Shown piece by piece: positions 18,608 through 29,116 of a stretch of 64,000 nucleotides of DNA (within the stretch, counting starts at the first letter, position 1; each line of letters starts with the position of its first letter). The notes beneath the pieces were generated by a model that was not told the origin of the DNA, ran no database searches, and was given only the letters and a program-made list of their open reading frames with translations. Where the stretch lies: NCBI GenBank assembly GCA_045863295.1, contig BTWA01000002.1, positions 70,399-134,398 on the forward strand, read 5' to 3'. The DNA comes from Candidatus Hydrogenedentota bacterium. Its GTDB lineage: Bacteria; Hydrogenedentota; Hydrogenedentia; Hydrogenedentales; SLHB01. Made by a program: the position numbers and the translations under genes.

Positions 18608-21184
18608 ATGCCTTCGTTTCACGACGGTCCCGCCTCGCCCTTGTTTGCGCCGCTGCCATTTTCCGGCAATGTCTCGTTTGGCGCTTTGAAAGATTTCGGC
18701 GTGTCGACGCAGATGGCCTCCGCGGCGGAGGAAGCCCCCGGCGGGCGCTGCACCTGTTGGGGGATACCGTTTCAAGTCGGCAAGCCTGTCGTCGCGCGCG
18801 ACGCGTTGCTCCACGTGCCGCTACCGCACACTATGGCCGGCTGGATCGTCTTCATGCACACGGCCGACATCGAGCCGCTCGAATGGAATCGTCATGGATT
18901 CATCACGGCGTCGCGCGGCATTGGCCGGCTGGCGGAACACGTCGCCGACTACACGATCGAATATGCCGACGGGACCGAAGCGGTGCTGCCCATCAAGCGG
19001 CGGCATCACATTGGCATGGTGCAACGGCCATGGGGCGAGAATTGTTTTGAGGCGGTTCATCACCGCAAGTTTTTCCCGACCGCGCCCACGTTTGCGCCGG
19101 AATCCCTGCCTCCGTTTGGATCGCGTCCCTACGGTTGGGCCGTCATGCAGACACGATCTCAAATTAACGATTTGATGCCGTGGAACAACTGGTTGTGGGC
19201 GTGGGAGAATCCGCATCCGGAAAAGGCCATCGTGGGGATGCGCGTGCTGCCCCATGCGGGAACCGTGGTGATTTCCGGCATGGCGGCGGGCGAGGTGACA
19301 CGCCAGCCGCTGCGCTGGGACACGCGCAAGAAAGCCATACTCAAGGTTCCCGACGGCATACCCTTTGATTACACCTTCGATTCGATGGGGCTGCTCAAAC
19401 AATTGCGGATCGATTTGGGACAGGTCATCTCCGCGTATCCGCGTCCCGTATACCCGGACAAGAAGTGGGCGACGACGTTTAACAACCAATCGCCCGCGTC
19501 GTCGCCGAACGAAGTGATCGTGGAATACACGGCCCACCCCGACGCGCTGTTTCATTTTGCCGACGAAACCACGCTCCGCGTGGCCGATGTTGAGCGGGGC
19601 AAGCGCAAGACATGGATTTCACCCATTGCGCCGGCCACGCAGCGCGTGCGCATTCGCGTCGTCGAAAAGGCGGGCAAGAAGCCGGTGGCCGCCAAGTTGC
19701 ACATCCACGGAGCGGCCGGTGAGTATCTGGCCCCGCTCGACCGGCATCGCATTCCGAATCCCGGCTGGCTGGAAGATTTCAGTCCTGACTACGTGAACGA
19801 GCGGCGGCATTATTGTTCGTATATCGACGGCGAGACCACCGTCGATCTGCCATTGGGCACGATCTACGTGGAAGTCAGCAAAGGATTTGAAATTCGCCCT
19901 GTCCGCAAGACTGTTGACGTGAAACCCTCCACCCAATCCATCACCTTGACCGTCGACCGCGTGCTGCCCTGGCGCGAACGCGGATGGGTGACCGCCGATA
20001 CCCACGTGCATTTTCTGTCGCCGTCCACCGCTTTGCTGGAAGGCGCGGCCGAAGGGGTAAACGTGGTGAATCTGCTCGCCAGCCAATGGGGCGAATTCAT
20101 GACGAACGTTGGAGATTTCGACGGACGCACCACCTTGGGCGAACACGATCAGAACGGAGAATGGCTGGTGCGCGTGGGCACCGAACACCGCCAGCATGTG
20201 CTCGGCCATATCTCCTTGTTGGGCTATGCCGGATCGATGATCACACCGCTGTGCGTGGGCGGGCCCGACGAATCCGCATTGGGCGATGCGGTTAATGTGT
20301 TGATGGCGGAGTGGGCGCGGCAGTGCCGCGACCAGGGCGGGTTGGTCATCATGCCGCACTTTCCCAATCCGCGTTGCGAGAACGCGGCGAACTTGATCCG
20401 TGGCGACGTGGACGCGATCGAGATGTGTTCGTGGGAGAATCTATACGGCGGCCTCGATCCCTACTCGCTCTCCGACTGGTACCGCTACCTGAATTGCGGC
20501 TACTTTCTCCCGGCCGTCGGCGGTACCGACAAGATGACGACCGCCACCGCCGTTGGCGCGTTGCGCACATACACCAAATTGCCTGAAGGCACGCCGTTCA
20601 CCTACGGCGCCTGGATGGAAGCCGTCAAAGACGGCCACACCTTTGTCACCTACGGCCCCCTGCTGGAGTTCCGCGTGGAAGGGCATCCTTCGGGATCCCG
20701 CATCGGGTTGAAGCGTACGGGCGGCACGGTGCAAGTCGAATACGAAGCCGCCAGCGTGACCGTGCCCATGACCCGCCTCGATTTGATCGTCAATGGCGAG
20801 ATTCGCGAGAGCAAAGCGGTAACCGGCAAGCAGGCGCGCGGCCACTGGGCCGTGAAAGTGGACAAGAGCGCCTGGATGGCGCTGCTGATTCGGGGCCGGT
20901 TTCCCGGCAAACCGGAGATGATTGCCGCGCATTCGTCGCCCGTCATGGCGGAAGTGGAGGGTTCGCCGTTTTTCGCGGCGGCGGACGCCATGACCATTCT
21001 GGAGCAAATCGAAGGGGCCATCGCCTATCTCGACACCGTGGGAACCCGGGCCGAAACGGCGGCCTACAAGCGCATGCGCCTGACGCTCACGGCCGCGCAC
21101 CGCAGGCTGCACAACGAATTGCACCGTCAGGGCCACGACCACCGCCACACGCACGCACACGATCACGCGGATCATCACCGTTGA
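18608..21184 (+). CDS. CehA/McbA-family (PHP-like) metallohydrolase
   Basis: GWVTADTHVH, GHISLLG, MPHFP, WYRYLNCG..LPAVGGTD, TFVTYGPLL; His-rich C-terminal tail. Confidence 0.8.
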   Translation: MPSFHDGPASPLFAPLPFSGNVSFGALKDFGVSTQMASAAEEAPGGRCTCWGIPFQVGKPVVARDALLHVPLPHTMAGWIVFMHTADIEPLEWNRHGFITASRGIGRLAEHVADYTIEYADGTEAVLPIKRRHHIGMVQRPWGENCFEAVHHRKFFPTAPTFAPESLPPFGSRPYGWAVMQTRSQINDLMPWNNWLWAWENPHPEKAIVGMRVLPHAGTVVISGMAAGEVTRQPLRWDTRKKAILKVPDGIPFDYTFDSMGLLKQLRIDLGQVISAYPRPVYPDKKWATTFNNQSPASSPNEVIVEYTAHPDALFHFADETTLRVADVERGKRKTWISPIAPATQRVRIRVVEKAGKKPVAAKLHIHGAAGEYLAPLDRHRIPNPGWLEDFSPDYVNERRHYCSYIDGETTVDLPLGTIYVEVSKGFEIRPVRKTVDVKPSTQSITLTVDRVLPWRERGWVTADTHVHFLSPSTALLEGAAEGVNVVNLLASQWGEFMTNVGDFDGRTTLGEHDQNGEWLVRVGTEHRQHVLGHISLLGYAGSMITPLCVGGPDESALGDAVNVLMAEWARQCRDQGGLVIMPHFPNPRCENAANLIRGDVDAIEMCSWENLYGGLDPYSLSDWYRYLNCGYFLPAVGGTDKMTTATAVGALRTYTKLPEGTPFTYGAWMEAVKDGHTFVTYGPLLEFRVEGHPSGSRIGLKRTGGTVQVEYEAASVTVPMTRLDLIVNGEIRESKAVTGKQARGHWAVKVDKSAWMALLIRGRFPGKPEMIAAHSSPVMAEVEGSPFFAAADAMTILEQIEGAIAYLDTVGTRAETAAYKRMRLTLTAAHRRLHNELHRQGHDHRHTHAHDHADHHR

Positions 21185-21217
21185 ATCCAAACCGTGCTTC
21201 CATGGGATGATAAGCGC

Positions 21218-22096
21218 ATGAACTGCATTATCTCGCTCCGAAATGCCGGCATGGCCGCTGTGCTGGCGGTATGCGCGGGCTGCACGCCCAATGTCATCAA
21301 CGGCACCGTCACGGATATCCGGGGCGAGGCCCTGCCCGGTGTCGCCGTAGAGATTGTCGGCATGGACCGGCAGGCGCTCACGAACCCGCGCGGCGAGTAC
21401 AAACTTCGCTATGCCCAGGCGGAAACGTTGTCGCTCGCCTTTTTCAAAACGGGCTACACTCCGGGACTTGTCGAATTACCCATCGAAGGGCCATCCGCCA
21501 AGCAGGTAACGCCGGTGGCGCTCTGGCCGCTGCCCAATGTCAATGGCGTGTTCTTGTACGAAGATTTCGAATACATTCGCGCGCGGCCCGTGGAGCCGGA
21601 AAGGTACGTTACCGATGCAACGGGAACCGTATATGGGACGCTGACGTCATCCGACGTCGGCACGACGAATCCCGAGCCGCTGATCCTATGCTATAAGATG
21701 CCGAAGTACGGCGCCCATTTGTACAAGTTGGCCACGCTCGAAGGACGATTGCAGGAATCCGGCGAGGAAGGCGACATGCTGAACGTGCTCGTCCCCGTGC
21801 GCGAAATTCCGATCGCTTACACCGCCATCGACGAACCCCAGGGGCAACTTATGCAAATACAGCCTCTGCAACCGCTCGCACCCGATTCGTATGTTGTCGA
21901 GTTCGGGGTGGTTTCCGGCGAGAACGTGCGTGAGACCCGCATGTTCCTCTTCTACGTGTTCGACCCGATGCTGGCCCCGCCTGCGACAGAGGAAACCGCC
22001 GCCGAAGAAAAGCCGGAGGAGGCCGGCGAACCCAAATCCAGCGAACGGGAATCCAATCCCGACGAAGCTTCCGCGGATGACAGCGGCGGTTTCTGA
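21218..22096 (+). CDS. Lipoprotein with carboxypeptidase-regulatory-like domain
   Basis: CAGC lipobox; GTVTDIRGEALPGVAV...TNPRGEY; acidic tail. Confidence 0.7.
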   Translation: MNCIISLRNAGMAAVLAVCAGCTPNVINGTVTDIRGEALPGVAVEIVGMDRQALTNPRGEYKLRYAQAETLSLAFFKTGYTPGLVELPIEGPSAKQVTPVALWPLPNVNGVFLYEDFEYIRARPVEPERYVTDATGTVYGTLTSSDVGTTNPEPLILCYKMPKYGAHLYKLATLEGRLQESGEEGDMLNVLVPVREIPIAYTAIDEPQGQLMQIQPLQPLAPDSYVVEFGVVSGENVRETRMFLFYVFDPMLAPPATEETAAEEKPEEAGEPKSSERESNPDEASADDSGGF

Positions 22097-22162
22097 GAAA
22101 AGGTGAGCCGCGAGAGCCTGTTGCCCCCGCGGCCCCAAATGGGAACTGGTCCGGCGTCCGCC

Positions 22163-23227
22163 TTACTTACCGGAGACTATCCGGGTTTCCGTCAGGATCG
22201 TATTCATGGAAGCGTCAATTTCCGCGTCGTCCGTGCCGATTGGCTTTTCCTGGCGGTACAGGAACCAATGCTCGACATGTTCCACCGATCCGCCGTTCGC
22301 GGCGAGCACAGAGAGCGGCCCCACGGTTTCCATTTCGAGCATGTCCGCATCGGTGTAGGATTCTGTGTTGCACCCATAATCCACGTAGTGCGCATCACCC
22401 GCGAACGCGTATCGCTTCAAGAACAGATTGTCGTTCAACGAATAGGCGATCCAACCCTGCTTGTTGAGAAAACCAAACTTCTGTTTGGTCGTGGCCTTGG
22501 GGTCCTGCTGCAATTGGACGTATTTCCTGCCCCATGTCCATCGCGGATCGGTCATGTCCGTGTAATGCCAAAGCACCAGCGGCCGGGCAGGAAGCAGATA
22601 TTCGGGGTGTGACTTGTATTCCTCTTGCGGAAAGATGCCGCGACCGCCCGGCGCCATCACGGTCAGCGCCCACGGCGCGAGCGATACATCCCATACATTG
22701 CGATTAATGAGCCGGTGACGAACGGTGACATGGGACGAGTCCGGCGCGAGTTCGATCTCAATCTGCTTTTGAATGCCGGTTGATTCTTCCGTGGGCTGCG
22801 TCAAGCGCAGAATGCTGCCGTTCCATTCGTGTTGAACAGGACTATTGTCCAGCGCATACGTGCGCGGCGACGCCTCGGGCGCGTGCCACAAGCGGTGACC
22901 GCCATAAATGTTCCACGCATCGCCGCCGGACTTGCCCATTTGATCCGCATACTCTTTAAACACATTCGGGCCGTCCACGAATCCGTAGCGAATGATGCGC
23001 GGTCCAACATCCGTCGTAGCGATCAGTTCGACAAGGCCATTGCTAAGCTTGACGCAGTTTGCCCAACCGCCGTAGGACACCTTCTCAAATTTGACCGCAT
23101 TGGGCGGCGTCGCACCCCAACGATTGTTTCTAATGGCTATACCGGATCCGATCGACAGATTTTGCAGCTCCGCCGATGCGGCCAACCCAAATAGAACTGC
23201 CGCCAAGAATGTAGTCACGGTCCGCAT
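22163..23227 (-). CDS. Secreted galactose-mutarotase-like (DUF4380-like) protein
   Basis: Signal peptide; TTDVGPRII, YGGHRLWHAPE, MLEMET motifs. Confidence 0.7.
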   Translation of the reverse strand: MRTVTTFLAAVLFGLAASAELQNLSIGSGIAIRNNRWGATPPNAVKFEKVSYGGWANCVKLSNGLVELIATTDVGPRIIRYGFVDGPNVFKEYADQMGKSGGDAWNIYGGHRLWHAPEASPRTYALDNSPVQHEWNGSILRLTQPTEESTGIQKQIEIELAPDSSHVTVRHRLINRNVWDVSLAPWALTVMAPGGRGIFPQEEYKSHPEYLLPARPLVLWHYTDMTDPRWTWGRKYVQLQQDPKATTKQKFGFLNKQGWIAYSLNDNLFLKRYAFAGDAHYVDYGCNTESYTDADMLEMETVGPLSVLAANGGSVEHVEHWFLYRQEKPIGTDDAEIDASMNTILTETRIVSGK

Positions 23228-23366
23228 GTGTGCACCCCTCCGGTTGTGATGCTTCCCCTCTTTGTACGAGACATCTTAGCACACGGCCCCTTCTGCAAAC
23301 CGGGTCATTGCCGCCACGAATTGACGGATCCATTCTCCATGCCATTGCGCAGCGAACAGAACTTGG

Positions 23367-25985
23367 CTACAGATTCAGATACCTCAGCCGCAAAGCGTTG
23401 CCAATCACGGAAACCGAGCTCAGGCTCATGGCCGCCGCGGCGATCATGGGACTCAACACGATGCCGAACACGGGATATAACGCGCCAGCGGCAATGGGAA
23501 TGCTCAGCCCGTTGTAAATGAACGCGAGAAACAAGTTTTGCCGGATGTTTCGCATGACGCCCCGGCTGAGTTTTCGAGCGCGCAGAATGGCACGAAGATC
23601 GCCTTTGATCAAGGTAATTCCGGCGCTTTCCATGGCCACATCCGCGCCGGTCCCCATTGCAATGCCCACGTGGGCCGCCGCCAGCGCGGGCGCATCGTTG
23701 ACACCATCACCGGCCATGGCAACCGTGTGACCCGCCTGTTGCAAGGCGCGCACGATCCGTGATTTGTCGCCGGGCAACACTTCGGCGTGCACTTCGTCGA
23801 TGCCCAGTTCGCGGGCGATCGATTCGGCGGTGACGCGGTTATCTCCCGTCAACATAATCACGTGGATACCCTCGCGCCGCAGTTGGCTGATTGCCTCCGG
23901 CGTAGTGGACTTCACCCGATCAGCGAGGCCGATCACGCCCGCCAACGCGCCATCGACCGCCACATGGATGACCGTGTGCCCCCGAGCCCGCAATTCACGC
24001 GCGTTTGTCTCCAGCGCTTCCACAGCGATGCCGTCCTCATCTAAAAAGGCCGCACTGCCCAGAAGGACGCGACGGCCTTCCACCGCTACGCGCACCCCTT
24101 TTCCGGCAATGCTTTCAAATTGTTCCGGCTTCGGCAGGGTCAAGTGCCGATCCCTGGCGCCGGATACGATGGCTTCGGCAAGCGGGTGTTCACTTCCACG
24201 TTCGGCTGCGGCCGCGATTCTCAACAGCTCGCTTTCGTCAAAGCCATTTGCCGCCACAACGGATGCAATACTTGGCTTGCCTTCAGTAAGGGTTCCTGTC
24301 TTGTCTACAACGAGCACGTCCACGCGTTCGAAAGTTTCGAGCGCTTCGGCGTTCTTGATGAGTACGCCCGCCGTAGCCCCCCGGCCCACGCCGACCATAA
24401 TTGACATCGGCGTGGCCAAGCCCAACGCACACGGACAGGCAATGATCAACACCGCCACCGCGCTATATATGGCATGTGCGAGGCGAGGTTCCGGACCCGC
24501 GAAGAGCCAGCCTCCAAACGCGATTGCCGCGGCCACCGCCACCGCCGGTACAAAATAGCCGGAGACGACATCCGCCATTCGTTGGATGGGCGCCCGGGTT
24601 CGCTGCGCTTCGGATACCATCCGCACAATTTGTCCGAGCATCGTGTCTTTGCCAACGCGGTCCGCCTGGAACACAAAACTACCGCTTTGATTGATCGTGC
24701 CGCCCGTTACTCGGTCGTCCGGGCGCTTCTCCTGCGGCAGCGACTCGCCCGTGATCAAAGATTCATCGACGTAACTACCGCCTTCGATCACGACGCCGTC
24801 AACCGGTACGCGCTCGCCGGGCCGCACGCGCAGCCGATCCCCAACATGTACGTGCTCCAGGGGCACATCGTCTTCCCGGCCTTCGTCCAGCACCTTCCGA
24901 GCCGTCCTGGGGGTCAGGCCCAGCAACGATTTGATCGCGCTGGAAGTTCGGCTGCGCGCCTTCAATTCCATGACCTGTCCAAGCAAAACCAATGCAATGA
25001 TGACGGCTGCCGCTTCGAAGTAGACTGCAACGTGGCCGCCGTGCCCTTTCGCGGCTTCGGGGAATAGTCCCGGAGCGATCAACGCAAGCACGCTGTAGGC
25101 GTACGCCACGCCGGTGCCCATGGCAATGAGCGTGAACATGTTCAGATTCCACGTCGCCACCGATCGCCATCCTCGAACAAAGAACGGCCAGCCGCACCAC
25201 GCCACCACCGGCGTCGCCAGGAGAAATTGAATCCACAGTTGCGCAGTCATCAGCGAGTCGTAGGGGATGGACATACGATCCGCCACCGCGTGGCCCACCA
25301 GCATCTCGCCCATGGACAACACAAACACCGGTACTGCCAGTGCGCACGCAATCCGGAAACGCCAGATCATGTCGTCCAATTCGGGATTGCGATCGTCGAT
25401 CAGGATTTCGCGGGCTTCCAGCGCCATCCCGCACTTCGGGCATTCGCCCGGATGGTCCTGCACGATTTCTGGATGCATTGGGCAGGTGAATTCCACGCGG
25501 CCGGCCGGCAATGAAGTCTCCGCGGGTTCCAACGCCATGCCACACTTCGGACACGTGCCCGGCCCTTTCTGTCGCACACCCTCGCACATGGGGCAGATGT
25601 AGTCTGCGTGGATCGAATCCGTCAAAGCGGGCTTGGCGGGAGCGGGAACCGCGTATCGGGCGGGATCCGCCGCGAATTTTTCCTTGCAGGATGCAGAGCA
25701 GAAGTAGTGCAGCCGCCCCTGGTGTTTGTGCGCATGCTTGGCGTTTGAAGGATCGACGCGCATACCGCATACGGGATCCGTCACCGCCTCGGGTCCGAAG
25801 GCGTCAGGCGTGCGAAGGAATTTCGCGCGGCAACCGTCACTGCAAAAATAGTACGTTCGGCCGTGATGTGCGGCCGTGAACCGCGCGTCGCTTATACGAA
25901 CACTCATGCCGCAGACGGGATCGATAGCGGTCGGTTCGGGCCGATTCGAGTCACTGCCGAATGGTTCATACATGCTGCTGGACAC
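23367..25985 (-). CDS. copA: Cu(I)/Ag(I)-translocating P1B-type ATPase with two YHS and two heavy-metal-binding domains
   Basis: DPVCGM x2, [43 protein letters not shown]. Confidence 0.93.
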   Translation of the reverse strand: MSSSMYEPFGSDSNRPEPTAIDPVCGMSVRISDARFTAAHHGRTYYFCSDGCRAKFLRTPDAFGPEAVTDPVCGMRVDPSNAKHAHKHQGRLHYFCSASCKEKFAADPARYAVPAPAKPALTDSIHADYICPMCEGVRQKGPGTCPKCGMALEPAETSLPAGRVEFTCPMHPEIVQDHPGECPKCGMALEAREILIDDRNPELDDMIWRFRIACALAVPVFVLSMGEMLVGHAVADRMSIPYDSLMTAQLWIQFLLATPVVAWCGWPFFVRGWRSVATWNLNMFTLIAMGTGVAYAYSVLALIAPGLFPEAAKGHGGHVAVYFEAAAVIIALVLLGQVMELKARSRTSSAIKSLLGLTPRTARKVLDEGREDDVPLEHVHVGDRLRVRPGERVPVDGVVIEGGSYVDESLITGESLPQEKRPDDRVTGGTINQSGSFVFQADRVGKDTMLGQIVRMVSEAQRTRAPIQRMADVVSGYFVPAVAVAAAIAFGGWLFAGPEPRLAHAIYSAVAVLIIACPCALGLATPMSIMVGVGRGATAGVLIKNAEALETFERVDVLVVDKTGTLTEGKPSIASVVAANGFDESELLRIAAAAERGSEHPLAEAIVSGARDRHLTLPKPEQFESIAGKGVRVAVEGRRVLLGSAAFLDEDGIAVEALETNARELRARGHTVIHVAVDGALAGVIGLADRVKSTTPEAISQLRREGIHVIMLTGDNRVTAESIARELGIDEVHAEVLPGDKSRIVRALQQAGHTVAMAGDGVNDAPALAAAHVGIAMGTGADVAMESAGITLIKGDLRAILRARKLSRGVMRNIRQNLFLAFIYNGLSIPIAAGALYPVFGIVLSPMIAAAAMSLSSVSVIGNALRLRYLNL

Positions 25986-26095
25986 AGGACTCCCTCTCGT
26001 ATACGAATGGGGGAGTACGCGAGACGCACAGCGTCTTCGCTGCCTACGGATACATTTGATTCAACGCGACCGGCAGGGCCACAATTCCCGGCGGT

Positions 26096-27889
26096 TCAGA
26101 TCGAAATGCCTGTTTTGGCCGCGGTTTCTTCGCCCGGCGACTTCTTGACTTCGATCTGCGGGCTGTACTTGTCGATCTTGTCTTGCACGCCTTCCAACTC
26201 CGGGTCGAGCCGCCGGGCGCGCTGCCAGTGATCCATTGCTTTGTCGATTTCGCCATTCAGGAGGTAGGCGTCGCCAAGGTGATCGCGCAGAATGGCATCG
26301 TCCCGGTCCATGGAAACAATGGCGCGGCGAATAAGCTTGATGGAGGTTTCCGCATCGCCTTTGCGGAAGTAGATCCAACCGAGGCTGTCGAGATAGAAGC
26401 CGTTGCCGGGATCGATTTCCAACGCGCGCTTCAAGAGTTTTTCCGCCTCATCAAGTTTTACGTTTTGCTCGGCATACATATAGCCGAGGTAATTCATGAT
26501 ATCCGGATCGAGCGGATCTTTTTCGAGGCAGGCCTTCAAGTGCCGTTCAGCGTCCGCGAAGCGATCCAGTTCATCGTACACGCTGCCCAGGTAATAGTGA
26601 ATCAGTTTGTCGTCGCCAAACTCCTTCAACGCATCCTGCAGCACATGCGCGGCCTCTTCTCTCTTTTCCATAGTCACTAGAGTGCGTGCTTGAATAATGC
26701 TCAGGTTCCGGGACTTGAATCCTTCCGCGCGAAATCCATCGATAATACCGGCAAAATAAGCGCCAACTTCGTGCGCGCCGAAAAGGTACTGCATGTCGCT
26801 GACAAATTCGGAAAACTCTAGGTCCACGTCGCCAGCGGTTTCATCCAGAGAAGTGAGAAACTTGTCGTAGGGCTCACCGCATTCCTTGCGGATCACGGCC
26901 TTCAAGAACGTGCCAATGACCGGTCCTTCGCCCGGCATGACGGCTTCCATCGCTACTCGATGCCGGCCGCTGCGCAGAAGAAGATAGATGCGGTTAAATT
27001 GCGTCCCCGCCTCGGCCTCGGGTTTGGCAACCAAGTGTTCCAATTCGTCAATGGCGCCGTCGTATTGTCCCAATTGGGCCAGGGACCCCGCCAGGAATTC
27101 GCGCGCCCGATCCTCCGACCCCAGCGTCAGCGTGGTCAGATTCTCGTCTCCGGGTGATTGATGATCGATGTAAACGGTAAACGCATTGGCGGCTTCTTGA
27201 AACGCCTTCCGGTCCATCTGAATGATGCCGAGCAGATAATGGGCTTGAAACAGCGTGGGGTCGATTTCGAGCGCCTTGTTAATGGCCGTCAGGGCGGCGT
27301 CCAAGTCATTGATGCGGGCCAGCGTCATGCCGAGTTGCAGGTGCACTTCCGGGCGGTCAGGCGCAATTTGAACCAGCCGTTCGCAAATCTGTATCGCGCC
27401 GATGAGATCGTTTGCGCGCTGCTCCGCCTGTACCAATTGCAGCAGGCTGCGCGGATCGTCGGGCGCGATTTCCACCGCCTTGCGCAAGGCATCCACGGAT
27501 TGCTCGTAGTTGCCGCGCTCGTCTTCGATGCGCCCGAGGAATGCCCACAAGCCGGCCTCTCCGGGGTTAAGTTCGAGCGCGCGCTGACACGCCTCCGCCG
27601 CCGAGTCGAAGTCCTGCAGCAGATAAAAAAACTGGGCCATTTCGGTCTGCAGCCCCGGTGAATCCGGCAGTAATTTGGCCGCTACTTTGTACTCCTTTGC
27701 CGCTTCTTCAAACCGGCCGTTGCGCTGATGAATGACGCCGGCCAGATAGTGGTTGAATGCGCGCGCGCGAGGCGTGGACGCGGCGACCCCGTCCAACGAA
27801 TCCGATCCGGGCACGGTGAGGCATCCCGCGGCCACCAGCAACAGCGTCATCGAAAGCGACATGAGGCGGAATCCTTTGGTTCGAGGCAT
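26096..27889 (-). CDS. Tetratricopeptide-repeat lipoprotein
   Basis: AAGC lipobox; many TPRs; NYLGY...DSLGW...DHLGD C-terminal signature. Confidence 0.85.
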   Translation of the reverse strand: MPRTKGFRLMSLSMTLLLVAAGCLTVPGSDSLDGVAASTPRARAFNHYLAGVIHQRNGRFEEAAKEYKVAAKLLPDSPGLQTEMAQFFYLLQDFDSAAEACQRALELNPGEAGLWAFLGRIEDERGNYEQSVDALRKAVEIAPDDPRSLLQLVQAEQRANDLIGAIQICERLVQIAPDRPEVHLQLGMTLARINDLDAALTAINKALEIDPTLFQAHYLLGIIQMDRKAFQEAANAFTVYIDHQSPGDENLTTLTLGSEDRAREFLAGSLAQLGQYDGAIDELEHLVAKPEAEAGTQFNRIYLLLRSGRHRVAMEAVMPGEGPVIGTFLKAVIRKECGEPYDKFLTSLDETAGDVDLEFSEFVSDMQYLFGAHEVGAYFAGIIDGFRAEGFKSRNLSIIQARTLVTMEKREEAAHVLQDALKEFGDDKLIHYYLGSVYDELDRFADAERHLKACLEKDPLDPDIMNYLGYMYAEQNVKLDEAEKLLKRALEIDPGNGFYLDSLGWIYFRKGDAETSIKLIRRAIVSMDRDDAILRDHLGDAYLLNGEIDKAMDHWQRARRLDPELEGVQDKIDKYSPQIEVKKSPGEETAAKTGISI

Positions 27890-27894
27890 TCTAA

Positions 27895-28545
27895 TCAAAC
27901 CCTTTCCACGGGCTGGCCGGGAAGCTGACTCGTTTCTTGCGGCTTGCAGGCCAACGGGGCAAAGCTACGACGATGGATGGGACACGGTCCCCAGTGCGCC
28001 AAGGCGTCCAGGTGGCGCCGCGTGCCGTAGCCTTTGTGGCGGGCAAATCCATACTCAGGATAACACACGTCCATCTCCAACATAATCCGATCCCGCGTGA
28101 CCTTTGCCACAATACTGGCAGCCGCGATGGATTGTGACAGGCAATCGCCCTTCACGATTCGCTGGTGCGGCACGGGACACGCCGGCAAACGGTACCCGTC
28201 CACCAACAGATGGTCCGGAGCCGGTTCAAGCGCGGCCAACGCCTGCAGCATCGCGGCGTAGTTGGCGGATTGAATGCCCATCCGGTCAATTTCTTCAGCG
28301 GATATCACGGCGATTCCGATCGCGTGGCCGCCCTCGTGTAACACCGAAAAGAGCCGGTCGCGTTCCACTTCGGTGAGTTGTTTGGAGTCGTTCAGACCCG
28401 CCACCGGCGCACACAGGACCACGGCCGCGGCAACAATGGGGCCCGCCAGCGGTCCCCGCCCTGCCTCGTCGACCCCCGCCACGCGATGAAACCCCATATC
28501 CATGGCGGCCTGCTCGAATTGCCACATAGGCACGGAGTTCGCCAT
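27895..28545 (-). CDS. rnhB: Ribonuclease HII (start uncertain)
   Basis: VAGVDEAGRGPLAGP, NDSKQL, KGD..SQSIAAASIVAKVTRD, HKGYGT, HRRSF. Confidence 0.95.
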   Translation of the reverse strand: MANSVPMWQFEQAAMDMGFHRVAGVDEAGRGPLAGPIVAAAVVLCAPVAGLNDSKQLTEVERDRLFSVLHEGGHAIGIAVISAEEIDRMGIQSANYAAMLQALAALEPAPDHLLVDGYRLPACPVPHQRIVKGDCLSQSIAAASIVAKVTRDRIMLEMDVCYPEYGFARHKGYGTRRHLDALAHWGPCPIHRRSFAPLACKPQETSQLPGQPVERV

Positions 28546-28716
28546 TGGAACGCTTGTATCCATGCCGGGCAGGCATAGAGTCAGGGCAGGTTTTCCCGCG
28601 TGGGATTGGGCAATCATTCAACACTCCGGAGGTTCAACTAAGCCTTCAAGGCAGCATACCACGCGAGACTCCGATGCCAAAAAACGTTTCGGATGCAACG
28701 CCTGGGACGCGCGACT

Positions 28717-28899
28717 TCACTCCTTCTTGTCGAGCAGGGCCGCCAGAATACCTAAAAGGGTCAAGCTGCCGGATAGTGTGATCCAACTGATCAGTTGCGC
28801 GCCGAGAAAGAATTCCGGATGTCCTTGGAACTTGCCCACGACCGCCCCTGCCAAGGCTGCCACTCCGGCCGCGCCAAATGCATACGCTACGATCTTCAT
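28717..28899 (-). CDS. Small (60 aa) two-helix membrane protein
   Basis: MKIVAYAFG...LLDKKE with strong RBS GAGGAGG upstream of ATG 28899. Confidence 0.65.
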   Translation of the reverse strand: MKIVAYAFGAAGVAALAGAVVGKFQGHPEFFLGAQLISWITLSGSLTLLGILAALLDKKE

Positions 28900-29116
28900 G
28901 GATAGGCCCTCCTCGTTGATCCAGTTCGGTTCGAGTGGTGCACTCCCATTCCGCCGGATCCAACACCTGGATCCTGACCTCCCGCGGAAATTGCCTGGGG
29001 GCGCATGACTCCGCGGGGCCATTGTACCCCACACGTACCTTGAGTGCGCCCATGAATGCAACAGGGTTGCCTTAATGAGTGGTGAACCCTATTCACGGCG
29101 CGAAGGGAGCAGAAGC

